Source: Octopus bimaculoides
Lineage: Eukaryota
Direction: 5' to 3'
Length of the DNA stretch: 41,723 nt
Assembly (NCBI RefSeq): GCF_001194135.2
Contig: NC_069003.1
Coordinates: 8,233,102-8,274,824, forward strand
Shown here: piece after piece, positions 11,440 through 22,823 of the stretch
Layout: each line of letters starts with the position of its first letter
How positions within the stretch are numbered: position 1 is the stretch's first letter
Translations under genes and position numbers: made by a program
The notes under the pieces: generated by a model
What the model was told of the DNA's origin: nothing
The model's database searches: none
The model's input: only the letters and a program-made list of their open reading frames with translations

Positions 11440-11886
11440 TATCTTTTACCTGTTTCAGGCGTTAGACTACGGCCATGCTGGAGCACCGCCTTGAAGAATT
11501 GTTAGTGGGACGAATCGATCCGGTACGTTTTCTTTTGAAAGCCTGGTACGTATTTTATTGGTCTCTTATGCCGAACTGCTAAGTTACATGGACGTAAACG
11601 CTCCAGCACCGACTATCAAGCGGTGATGGGAACAAACACAAACAGACTCACACACCTATTTATACATGAGTAACTGCATACATACATGCATACATACATA
11701 CATACACACACACACATACATACACACACGGTGGCAGTCTTTCAGTTTTCGCTTAAAATACACTCAAAAGGCTTTATTCGGCCTAAGACTATAGTAGAAG
11801 ATACTTGACGAAGATGCCATGCAGTGGGACTGAACCTGAAACCAATAGATTGGGAAGCAAACGTCTTACCACAAAGCCACGCCTAT
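11440..11886 (-). mobile_element. SINE family B, full composite (head, microsatellite, 3' module)
   Basis: TTTTACCTGTTTCAG...CGGCCATGCTGGAGCACCGCC...CCGAACTGCTAAG, (CATA)n, then CTTTCAGTTT...ACTATAGTAGAAGA...GGGACTGAACC. Confidence 0.85.
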
Positions 11887-11894
11887 CTTATATC

Positions 11895-12390
11895 TTTTAT
11901 CTTTTACTTGCTGCAGTTACTGGACTGCAGCCATGGTGGGGGTTGGGTGCGGTACATTTTTGAAGGGTTGAATCGAACGAATCGGCCCCAGTACTTATTT
12001 GTAAGGCCTGGTACGTACTCCGTCGATATCTTTTTGCTGAATAGCTACGCAACGGGTCTTTCACAAGCTTTTCCAACCAAGCTCTGTCAAGCGGTGGAAG
12101 AGAACAAACATCAACGCAAAGGTACACACACTTGGACACACACGCGCACAGAAATACATTCACAGACACACACACACACACATACATATACACACTTAGA
12201 TGCACACACACATACTTAGACACGCGCACATACACACATAAACACACATATACACAGGCTTCTTTCAGTGTCTGCCTACTCACAGGCGTTGGTTAGTCCA
12301 AGGTTATAGTTGTAGACAAAATGGCGCGCAGTGGGACTGAACCCAAGACGACATGGCTACAAAGCAAGCTCCTCAACCACCACATCCCGC
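11895..12390 (-). mobile_element. SINE family B, second tandem copy
   Basis: Same modular layout immediately after the previous copy, more diverged. Confidence 0.8.
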
Positions 12391-12864
12391 CTTCACTCTT
12401 CTTGAACTATCTTTTCTCCTTTCACCATTCCCTGTCATAATATCTCGTAGTCTAACACAGCTAGCTCTCCACATTGAATCATTCCATCTTTGCACTTCTC
12501 TGTAGTAAGATCTAAAATGTAAGATCTTCTCTACCCTGATGACGGAGGTTCCTCTCTTCCAATGTTAATTGCATCCATACGACAAGCATACTGAGATGTA
12601 CAAAATCTACCAAAATTATTATGGATCACCGAACCCCCAGACACAGGTGTTGGACTTATAATAACTTTCTTCCATCCCTTTAATTTTCGCTGTCGTTTGT
12701 AACCTGTGCAGGTTAAACCTATTAATATGAATATCTATATATTTATACATAAAAATTCATGATCTGAAAGTTTCCACCTTTTGCTTCCTATCGCTTTAGC
12801 AATAGACAAATATACATATGTTATACCTGATGTTTAATGTACTTAATATATTTGATGGGTCGTG

Positions 12865-13252
12865 GAGGCGCAATGGCCCAGTGGTTAGGGCAGCGGACTC
12901 GCGGTCATAGGATCGCGGTTTCGATTCTCAGACCGGGCGTTGTGAGTGTTTATTGAGCGAAAACACCTAAAGCTCCACGAGGCTCCGGCAGGGGATGGTG
13001 GCGAACCCTGCTGTACTCTTCCACCACAACTTTCTCTCACTCTTACTTCCTGTTTCTGTTGTGCCTGTAATTTAAAGGGTCAGCCTTGTCACACTGTGTT
13101 ACGCTGAATATCCCCGAGAACTACGTTAAGGGTACGACTTGTCAGTGGAGTGCTCAGCCACTTGCACGCTAATTTCACGAGCAGGCTGTTCCGATGATCG
13201 AATCAACTGGAACCCTCGACGTCGTAAGCGATGGAGTGCCAACAGCAACAAT
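12865..13252 (+). mobile_element. tRNA-derived SINE, near full length (family C-related)
   Basis: Box A TGGCCCAGTGG, box B GTTTCGATTC, GCGTTGTG..TTGAGCGAAAACACC core, tail GGAACCCTCGACGTCGTAAGCGATGG shared with 6640-6672 (+) and 18085-18330 (-). Confidence 0.85.
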
Positions 13253-14017
13253 TTGATGTGTCATATTTGCTTTACCCGCATAATTACTTATGTATTGCGT
13301 GTTCGTTTCTCATTTTCCCCATCTGTAATTTTATTTTTGATCTTCTATATAAATAAAGATATTCCCTCCGTCTGGCTGCTTTTCTTTCTACAAAAACGAA
13401 AAGTTACATTGTGGAACAGTCCTTTTAACTAGTTGTTTTTATTTATTCATCACCTGGTGAGATACATCTGCGCTACCGGATGCTCCTGAACCAGTTGTTG
13501 AGTGTCCCACCTCGGAGGAATCGATGCCAGATGTGTCGAAACAGTTGTGATTAACGATAAATTCTCGTATATTCCATTTTCCGTCTTTCATTTGCCACAC
13601 ACATATATACACACATGAATATATGTATATATAATATATATATGTGTGTGTGCATGTGTATATATGTATGTCTGTGTATGTATATACTTTAAATGTACGT
13701 TTGCGGGTTTCATTTGTAGCAGTAACTTTACAGGACAATAATATGATATTACAACTAAATGAACCCAAGGATTCCCTTTTCCGGAAGACTTAAACAATTA
13801 TGATGGAGGATTAAATTTTCCGGAAAAATTTTAACATAATAAAATAAGATATTATTGAAAATTCTCACCGTTAGCAGTCGTTGAAGATGAACACCTCTCA
13901 CGTGTTAAAATATGATATATTATGTAGTATGCAATTAAGCAATTAATTTCAATTAGCGATTAATTACTGCTGAAAAATGGTGACACACACACACACACAC
14001 GCTCTCTTTGAAAATAA

Positions 14018-14050
<33 letters not shown>

Positions 14051-14349
14051 TGTATCGATGTATGTATGTGTGCGTGTGTATGTATGTGTATACACAACTT
14101 TTACGACGAACAAGAGCCATTTAATAAAACACGAAGGTGTTAGATTCACTGACGAGGTGTCAATTACAAAGTTACATCTGCGCAACGAAAATTTCGACAC
14201 TTCATGAAATAAATTCAATTTTAAGTGAAGGCGACAGTTTCATGTGTTACTAAGTGAGCTCTTTCACGGTACCGTTGTTTCGGTTTCAAACACAAGATAG
14301 CATATCATGTGTCACTCGTCACTCACCGTTCAAGTAAAAGACTGCTTTG

Positions 14350-14399
<50 letters not shown>

Positions 14400-14402
<3 letters not shown>

Positions 14403-14880
14403 GGAACAAAAACGCAATAGAGGGCATTAAAACGTTCGGACAGATAGATGACACAAAGGCGGACAAGTGAAACAACAATTAGAAGGACAGGCAAAAAAAA
14501 AGGACGGGTCGTTCTTCGCTTTCTTTCCTCAGTTAAGTACTACAAGTCACGACCATTTCGGACAGTTACACTTGAGTTGTTTCCATCTGGTTGTCCCCCC
14601 AAAAAGTCTAAGCTAAGAGCATTAGACCCCTTTGTAAGAAAGCTAGCGAATGTGTACGGCAACAAAGACGAAAAAAAAACCAAACAAAAAAGGGAGAACA
14701 AATATATATGAATATATGTATGCATATAGGGCGGACATGTGAACCGAACCCACGGTCAATTTTATTTGCCTGTCTTTTTTTTTTCTCTTTCCAGTTTCTC
14801 ATAGACTTTCCTTTAGAATCTAGAATCTGAAGGAGGACTATATCCGAAACGTATAACTTTTACTCTTTTTCCATTAGCCT
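14400..14880. mobile_element. Possible Penelope-like terminal remnant
   Basis: Contains CTGAAGGAGGACTATATCCGAAACGTA (14827-14853), a hammerhead-like core. The surrounding assignment is inference only. Confidence 0.3.
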
Positions 14881-15278
14881 TTCAGTGTCAACCTAACAAC
14901 GTTAACTCTGAACGTTTGTACTTTTATTTTTTGTTATCGATATTTGCATTTGTTTTGCATATCACACACAGGCACGCACACACAACCACGTGCGCGCCCC
15001 CACCACATTTATATGAGTCCTCCAGTCACTATCGCATGTATCAGACTCAGCCACTATAGAATAGACTGAACAACACATACACGCACAGCACAAACACACA
15101 CGTAGAATATCAACTCATAGATCGCCACCGTATGTGTAGCAGTAGTACACATACTATAATGTTCAAGATTTGAGCAAAGACAATTTAATGCGATTAGATG
15201 AAATGAGAAATGCACCATTTTGAAATTTGTTTCGCATTCATCGCGCGTGCGTGCACACATACATACACACGCATACAA

Positions 15279-15324
<46 letters not shown>

Positions 15325-15382
15325 AAACATAGAAGGGAAAGGAAACAACGACGACAGTACAACGAATACAATGATTAATATT

Positions 15383-15817
15383 CCTTTCTACTCTAGACAC
15401 AAGGTCCCGAAATTTTTGGGGAAGGTGGGAATGAGTCGATTAGATCGAACCAGTACGCAACTGGTATTTATTTTATCGATCCCGAAAGGATGAAAGGCAA
15501 AGTCGACCTCGGTGGAATTTGAACTCAGAACGTAACGGCAGACGAAATACCGCTAAGTATTTCGCCCGGCGTGCTAACGTTTCTTATTTCTTTATTGCCC
15601 ACAAGGGACTAAACATAGAGGGGACAAACAAGGACAGACAAAGGGATTTAGTCGATTACATCGATCCTAGTGCGCAACTGGTACTTATTTAATCGACCCT
15701 GAAAGGATGAAAGGCAAAGTCGACCCCGGTGGAATTTGAACTCAGAACGTAGAGGCAGACGAAATACCGCTAAGCATTTCGCCCGGCGTGCTAACGTTTC
15801 TGCCAGCTCGCCGCCTT
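15383..15817 (-). mobile_element. SINE family A tandem dimer
   Basis: Two closely similar blocks GAAAGGATGAAAGGCAAAGTCGACC...GAACTCAGAACGTA...GTGCTAACGTTTCT at ~15440-15583 and ~15650-15817. Confidence 0.92.
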
Positions 15818-16908
15818 AACATTAACTGACTAACATTAAGAAGACGGCGACGAATATGACGACGACGACGGAGACGACTACCAATAAAAATGTAATAAGT
15901 AAATAGATTTACAGTCAGCATTGTTATAGGAAAACTGAATCAATAATTTCTATCTTATCTTTTCTTTCCACTTTAAACCAAGATTGAATTTTGACTGCTT
16001 ATGTGAAATATTCGATTTTTATATTTTATATATATATTTATATTTTATACTTATATATTATTTTTATAAATTCTCTTCTTTTCCTTTCGTTCGTATTTTT
16101 CCTTTCTTTCTTTCTTTCTGTCTTTCTTTCTTTCATTCGTTCTTTCTTTCTTTCTACTCTCCTTCCTTCCTTTGTAGATATTTCAATATTAATAACTCGA
16201 ACGATATGAAATGTTATGAACTTCATAAACATTATTAATATATTTTGTACAACTTACAAATGATTTTATAAAGGTGGAGAATAACGAAACGAAACAAAAC
16301 AAAACAAAAAACGTGGAAATAACAAAAAAAAACAAAAAAATAAAACAAAAAAAAAGAAGATACTCACCGCCAAAAAACAAAATAAAACACAAATAAAGAA
16401 AATAGAAGTTAATGTTTAACACTTAATACCAAAACGATTCGCATAAAAAGTGTAAACTTCAATATTGTTTATTTTGTTTCTTCTCTGTAAAGACTATTAC
16501 ACATACGCATACACACACAAACTCATACAATCACTCACACGCACACGCTCACACACAAACGCAATGTATATATATATATATATATACATATATACACATA
16601 TACATTAATATATGTGTGTATGTATATATATATAGGTAAATATATAGATATAAGAACATATATATTATATATGAATCTCTGTCTGTCTGTCGCTCTCTCT
16701 ATACATGTATATATATATATATAAATACATATAAATATATATATATATATATACGCATACATATATTTTGATATATTTATGCTTATGTATATATATATAT
16801 ATATATATNNNNNNNNNNNNNNNNNNNNNNNNNNNNNNNNNNNNNNNNNNNNNNNNNNNNNNNNNNNNNNNNNNNNNNNNNNNNNNNNNNNNNNNNNNNN
16901 NNNNNNNN

Positions 16909-16944
<36 letters not shown>

Positions 16945-17238
16945 ATAAATTTATGTATGTATGTATGTATAATTGAGTTTTAAGGAAAAAACAGAATGTC
17001 TGAAGTGTTATGAATTGAAACTTTCTACATATATATATGCTGCCAAATGTAGAATATGAACATACGTATATAGATTCAACACACACACACATACATATTT
17101 TGAATATATATATATTGTATACTTATATATGCAAATATATATATATTTATATATATATATGCATACATTTGTATATGTATTTATACAGATATGTATGTAA
17201 ACGTTTGTATGCACAAATATATATGCATATACATATCA

Positions 17239-17279
<41 letters not shown>

Positions 17280-17878
17280 TACATACATATGTACGAATAT
17301 ATATGAATATGTTATTGTGTGTGTATATATATGTATATAAATATATAAACACACTCGCATACAATTAATTCCCTATATATCGATCTCTCTCTCTCTATAT
17401 ATATATATATCAGGAGAGAGAAAGAGATGGGAGACAAAAACAAGGACCGAGAAAGAGAGAAAGAAGGATGGAACTAAAGAACGTAGGAATACGTTAGCTA
17501 GTTACCTAAACATAATATAAAAAAACTCCTTGTTTTAATTAGCATGCTTGTTCCGAACGTTTGTTTATAGAACCAAACCATTACCTGGCTGCCATAGGGT
17601 TTGTTATTATGCAAAGGTGCCAACATTGATTGTTATCAAGTTTTTCACGAATTACAATGGTCCACAGCTCTGTTGTTACTGATCGGCCAAAACACTATAT
17701 TTCAAACGAACTAAACAACTAAAGCGAATATAAAATTTCCCTTGGATGTGTTCTGCCAGAAAAACATGAAGTTAAGTGAAGGCAAAAAAAGAATTTTTTT
17801 TTTTGTTTTACTAATAAGCATTAATGCAAAAGAGTTTTTGATATTTATATTGAGCGTAGTTTCTGTTAATTCTTTCTA

Positions 17879-18060
17879 ATTTTGGCACAAGACCAGCACT
17901 TTGAGGGGAGGAGGGAAGTCGAAGATTTCACCAACCCCAGTACTTGACTGGTACTCTATTTTATCGATTTCGAAAGGATGAAAGGGACAGTTGGCTAAGG
18001 TGGTATTCAGAAGGCAGGCAGCAATGCATTTTATTCGAAGCGCTAACATTTCTACCACCA
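17879..18060 (-). mobile_element. SINE family A, degenerate
   Basis: TTTGGCACAAG...CCCCAGTAC..GACTGGTAC...GAAAGGATGAAAGG...GCTAACATTTCT. Confidence 0.75.
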
Positions 18061-18081
18061 ATTACTTCGGCTTATTATTGG

Positions 18082-18340
18082 CATTCCATCGGTTACAACG
18101 ACGCGGGTCCCAGTTGGTCTGATAAACGGAACAGCCTGCTCGTCAAACTGACGTATACGTGGCTGAGGGTTCCACAAGCACACACGCACACACTTATCGT
18201 AGTTCTCAGAGACAAACAACTTGACACTGAATGTAACGTGGCTGGCCCTTTGAAATACAGCTACTACTCATTTTTGTCAACTGTGTGGACTAGAGCAACG
18301 TGAAATAAAGAGTCTTGCTCAAGGACACAACGCATCCCCA
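18082..18340 (-). mobile_element. SINE family C body and tail
   Basis: Reverse complement contains GCGTTGTGTCCTTGAGCAAG and the GAGCAGGCTGTTCC...CGTCGTTGTAACCGATGG tail shared with 12865-13252. Confidence 0.8.
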
Positions 18341-18529
18341 AGAATGGTTCCTGTTGTGTAGATATATAAATAGATCTTTCTGGAATAAATGATACAACAA
18401 TGGGGCTTACATAGTGATATGAAGTATGTAAAAATCATAGAGAGACCCTAACCTATTTGTGATCACCCAAATTGCAGAAATAACAGCCAAACGAGATTTA
18501 AATGACATCTTCCCTACTATTTTTATTAT

Positions 18530-18690
18530 TTTATTCTTTTACTTGTCTCAGTCATTGGACTGCGGCCATACTGTGGCACCACTTTTAAAGTATTAGTAAC
18601 AAAGCGGCACTAGTACTATAGGGTTCTTTTCTTCCGAACCATTAAATAACGAAGGCGTAAACAGCACTTTACCGTTTGTCAAGCGGTGGA
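18530..18690 (-). mobile_element. SINE family B 3' module fragment
   Basis: TTTTACTTGTCTCAGTCATTGGACTGCGGCCATACTG...CCGAACC...TGTCAAGCGGTG. Confidence 0.75.
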
Positions 18691-19090
18691 GATGATGATG
18701 ATGATGATAAAGAAGAAGAAGAAGAAAAAGCAGCAGAAGAAGAAGATGATGATTAAGAAAAAGAAGCTGGTGAAGAAGGTGAAGAAAAAGATAAAGAACA
18801 AGAACAAAAAAAGATGATTATAATGATGAAGAAGAAGATGATGAGGAGGAGGATGAGGATGATGAAGAAAAAGAAGATGGTGAAGAAGAAGATGATGAGT
18901 ATAATGATGAAGATGAAGATGACATAAAAAGAGAAAAAGAAGAAGAAAAGGAAAAATAAAAAAAATTGAGTATAATGATGATGATGAAGATGATGATGAT
19001 AAGAAAGAGAAGGCGAAGAGGATAATGATGACAAGGATAATGCCAACGATGACGATGATGTTGATGATGATGCTGATGACTGTGATGCAT
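18690..19090. repeat. (GAT)n/(GAA)n trinucleotide low-complexity tract
   Basis: Direct reading. The acidic reading frame is broken by stops and shifts. Confidence 0.9.
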
Positions 19091-19684
19091 TTAGAAAAGA
19101 GAAAGGATTTTAATTAATATGCGAACGCTCCTTGTTAAACTTCTTTTCGTTGTTAATAAATTTCTTTATTTATATTTCTATTTGTAAATGCGAAACCTGA
19201 AACTTCAGATATGTATACAAAACAATCACATGAAAAAGCAAAAGAAAAAAAACCCCAGAAAAATCCCCTCAAAAAACAAACGAACACACAACAAAAGCGT
19301 TCATTTTAACCGACGTCGATCAATAACATTTCTTCATGAATAATCCTGATTATATTTGATCACATGACCCTACTCTCACTAAAAGAGAAAGAAAGAAAAG
19401 AAAGAAAGAAAGACAAAGAACGAAATGCTTCTAGCCCAGAAATCTTGAAAATTGATGTCTTGACATGACAAGTTCTTGCGTTCTTTCCCGCCTCCCCTAT
19501 TAACTTGATTTGCAAGTCGAACCTTTAGAATTAACCTAGCGTCTCGCATAAACAATTCCTCGAGGTTTATGCAACCATTTGGGACAGACTTCGTTTAAAT
19601 AACAACCATTATGATTCCGCCAAGAGGAACATCTGAAATGCATTTCTCTCCTATCTTCCTTTTTATTATCTCTCTTGGGTCAGA

Positions 19685-19759
<75 letters not shown>

Positions 19760-20384
19760 CGTACATATACACACGCGCGCACATATATATCTTTATATAC
19801 ACACACACATATATATATATATATATANNNNNNNNNNNNNNNNNNNNNNNNNNNNNNNNNNNNNNNNNNNNNNNNNNNNNNNNNNNNNNNNNNNNNNNNN
19901 NNNNNNNNNNNNNNNNNNNNNNNNNNNNNNNNNNNNNNNNNNNNNNNNNNNNNNNNNNNNNNNNNNNNNNNNNNNNNNNNNNNNNNNNNNNNNNNNNNNN
20001 NNNNNNNNNNNNNNNNNNNNNNNNNNNNNNNNNNNNNNNNNNNNNNNNNNNNNTATATATGTATGTATGTATGTATTTATATATTTTAAGCTTTGAAGTA
20101 ATACAATAATTATTAGAACTTGTCCATCTCGTATTTTCTTCTCTATTATCCTAACTGTGAATTACACACACACACACACATAGATTGATACATATGTGTA
20201 TGTATGTGAACATATGTATATATGTAAATCTGTATGCATCTGTATGCATCCATGTATTTCTCTGTCTTTCTATATATTCATCTATTTGCATTGTAAAATA
20301 TTTAAACACGGCTTTAAGGTTATTCTTCATAAATATGTCAGGAAACGAAATTTGGACAAGAACAAAACAGCGACTACACACACA

Positions 20385-20465
<81 letters not shown>

Positions 20466-20931
20466 GTATATGGTGTTCACTATTTTGCAAGTTTCTTGTA
20501 AATAAGTACCACATTTTAGTAATTTGTGTCACCATTTTGTCACAATGTCAGTAGAATTCGCTTATTTGTTTATACACCATACTTCCTTGCTTTTCTCGAA
20601 AAAGAGACAAATAAGAAGAAAATTAATCGACTCGGACAGAAGTATATTTCTGATCGATGAATCTAATTTGAAGACGCATCTAATATGACGTAACATATTC
20701 AAGACTAAGGATTTGAAATTCATTCAAAATCACTTAGGAATAAGCGTTCGATTTGCTTTATTAATCTTTTATGTTTGTTGGCAGAATACTGAAACTACGA
20801 TCCATATCTTTGACATTTAGCTCTGAATAAGATGCTTATGGAAAAACGTTAAACTGTGGAGTATAACCTATCGTATCTTATCAGACATCGAAAATCTGGA
20901 CAACGTTGTTACTTCTCATTATTGGTCGGCC

Positions 20932-21110
20932 GATGGTGGCGATATGGCGGAAGTGTTAAAATAGCACATAGGATAAAATGCTTGGTGGCGCGGTGTGTTC
21001 TGGTACCTTTATGGTCTGAGATCAGATACCATCGAGACCAGCTTTGCCTTTTATCGTTTCAGGATAGGTAAAATAAACTATCGGTCGATTACTGGGGTTT
21101 GGTGTAATAG
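20932..21110 (+). mobile_element. SINE family A, degenerate
   Basis: GCTTTGCCTTTTATCGTTTCAGGATAGGTAAAATAAAC...ACTGGGG core plus head remnant. Confidence 0.65.
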
Positions 21111-21219
21111 ACCTGTTGGCCTCGAACCCAACAACGGACCGGCGTTCCGTTCAGTGGAAATGTTATGACGTCGGCTATTATTACGTCATGGAAACCAGGT
21201 AACCGGCCTTATTCTTTCA

Positions 21220-21400
21220 TCCTTTTACTTGTTTCAGTCAATTGACTGCGGCCATACTGGTGCATCACCTAAAAGGGATTTTAGTCGAAGAAATCGACTC
21301 CAGGACTTATGTTTTGTAAGCTTAGTACTTAGTCTATTGGTCTCTTTTGCCGAACCGCTAAGCTACTTCGATATAAATACACCAACGATATATATACAAG
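21220..21400 (-). mobile_element. SINE family B 3' module
   Basis: TTTTACTTGTTTCAGTCAATTGACTGCGGCCATACTGG...CAGGACTTAT...GCCGAACCGCTAAG. Confidence 0.85.
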
Positions 21401-21682
21401 GGCAAATAATTCGCGAGGAAATATATAATTCTCCAAAATTAATTAATTTTATTATTATCTGAAATGACTATTTTAAAAAATGGTAATAATAGAATTAATA
21501 ATATAGGCGATCGCAGGCCCAAGAAAAGCATTAAATAGCTGAAGGATTAAAATTAAAATTAATCAAAGGACATACTAAGTATGTCTACCTGCTGGAAATA
21601 ACAGTCAAAACTTATTTAAATTGCCAAAATTACACTGATGATAACTACAGAAATCAACCAAAAGTAGATCAGGTTAATTTTG

Positions 21683-21736
21683 ACACGCACGCACGCGCAC
21701 GCGCACACACACACGCGCGCGCGCGCGCGCGCGCGT
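21683..21736. repeat. Alternating purine-pyrimidine tract ending in (CG)11
   Basis: ACACGCACGC...CACACAC(CG)11T, with the CG run at 21714-21735. Confidence 0.9.
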
Positions 21737-22062
21737 CACTGAAGTGGCTAATAGCCACAGACGCGCTATCTTAATTTGTTTAGAATGGAGCGACTAAGGC
21801 CACCCCTGAAAAGCTGCGGGTCTGTTATGGGGATCAGTATTAAAAGGTTGCCGTCACTATGTTCTGAGTTCAAATCCTACCATGGTCGACTTTGCNNNNN
21901 NNNNNNNNNNNNNNNNNNNNNNNNNNNNNNNNNNNNNNNNNNNNNNNNNNNNNNNNNNNNNNNNNNNNNNGATCGATAAATTAAGTAGCAGTAAAACACT
22001 GCGGTCGGTGTTACTGGCTGGTCCCCTTCCCGCAAATTTCAGATCTTGTGCCTTTAGTGGAA

Positions 22063-22125
22063 ACGATGATGATTATGATTATGATTATGATTATGATTAT
22101 GATTATTATTATTGTTGTAATTATT
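22063..22125. repeat. (GATTAT)n/(ATT)n microsatellite between array units
   Basis: Direct reading. Confidence 0.9.
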
Positions 22126-22685
22126 AAGGGGTCGGCCTGGCAGAATCAATAGCATGCCGGGCAAAATGTTTAGCAGCATTTCGTATGTCTTTACGTTCTG
22201 ATTTCAAATTCCACGAAGGTCGGCTTTGTCTTTCATATTTTCGGGGTCGATAAATTAAGTACCAGTGAAACACTGGGGTCGATGTTACTGGCTGGTCCCC
22301 TTCCCCGAAATTTCAGGCCTTGTGCCTCCTTAGTAGAAAGGATTATTAAAAGGTTGTGAGTTGGCAGAATCGTTAGAGCATTATACACATTCGCTCCGGT
22401 GCTTTGCATTCTGGTTTCAGATCCAGCTAACGTTGCTTTTTATTTTTTCGTTCTTTTTCAAGGTCGATAAAATAAAGTAATGATCAAGTGAAGGTGTCGA
22501 TGTAATCCTACCCAAAAAACTGTTGTCTCTAAGCTAGATTTTTGAAACCCAGGCAGCGTTAGCATACCAGGCAAATTTTGAGTTCAAATCCCGCTGAGGT
22601 TGCCTTTGCTGTACATCCTTTCAGGGTCGATGTAATCGACTAGTCCTCTCCGTCACAAAATTTCTGGTTTTGTACCTAAAGCGGA

Positions 22686-22823
22686 GAGGATTATCAAGGC
22701 AGCTTGTAGAAGATTATCAAGGCAGCTTGTTGAGGATTATCAAGGCAGCTTGTTGAGGATTATCAAGGCAGCTTGTTGAGGATTATCAAGGCAGCTTGTT
22801 GAGGATTATCAAGGCAGCTTGTA
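22686..22823. repeat. Minisatellite, 6 x 23 bp (GAGGATTATCAAGGCAGCTTGTT)
   Basis: Units start at 22686, 22709, 22732, 22755, 22778 and 22801, nearly identical, with no spacers. Confidence 0.95.

Noticed and set aside
12420-12700. Coding fragment or LINE piece between SINEs
   Set aside because: All six frames are interrupted and no RT or endonuclease motif was recognised.
12865-12940. tRNA gene (also 34885-34960 and 34345-34420)
   Set aside because: Box A and B are present, but no complete cloverleaf acceptor stem is evident and each continues into a SINE body.
17588-17629. Minus-strand first coding exon MLAPLHNNKPYGSQ with CAG|GTAATG donor
   Set aside because: Only 14 codons, unrecognised, and no downstream exon could be linked.
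18690-19090. Acidic D/E/K-rich coding exon
   Set aside because: The frame is broken repeatedly by TAA/TGA and shifts, starts directly at a SINE end, and lacks splice signals.
22686-22823. 23-bp direct repeats as a CRISPR array
   Set aside because: Units are contiguous with no spacers, derive from a SINE junction, and the DNA is eukaryotic with no cas genes.
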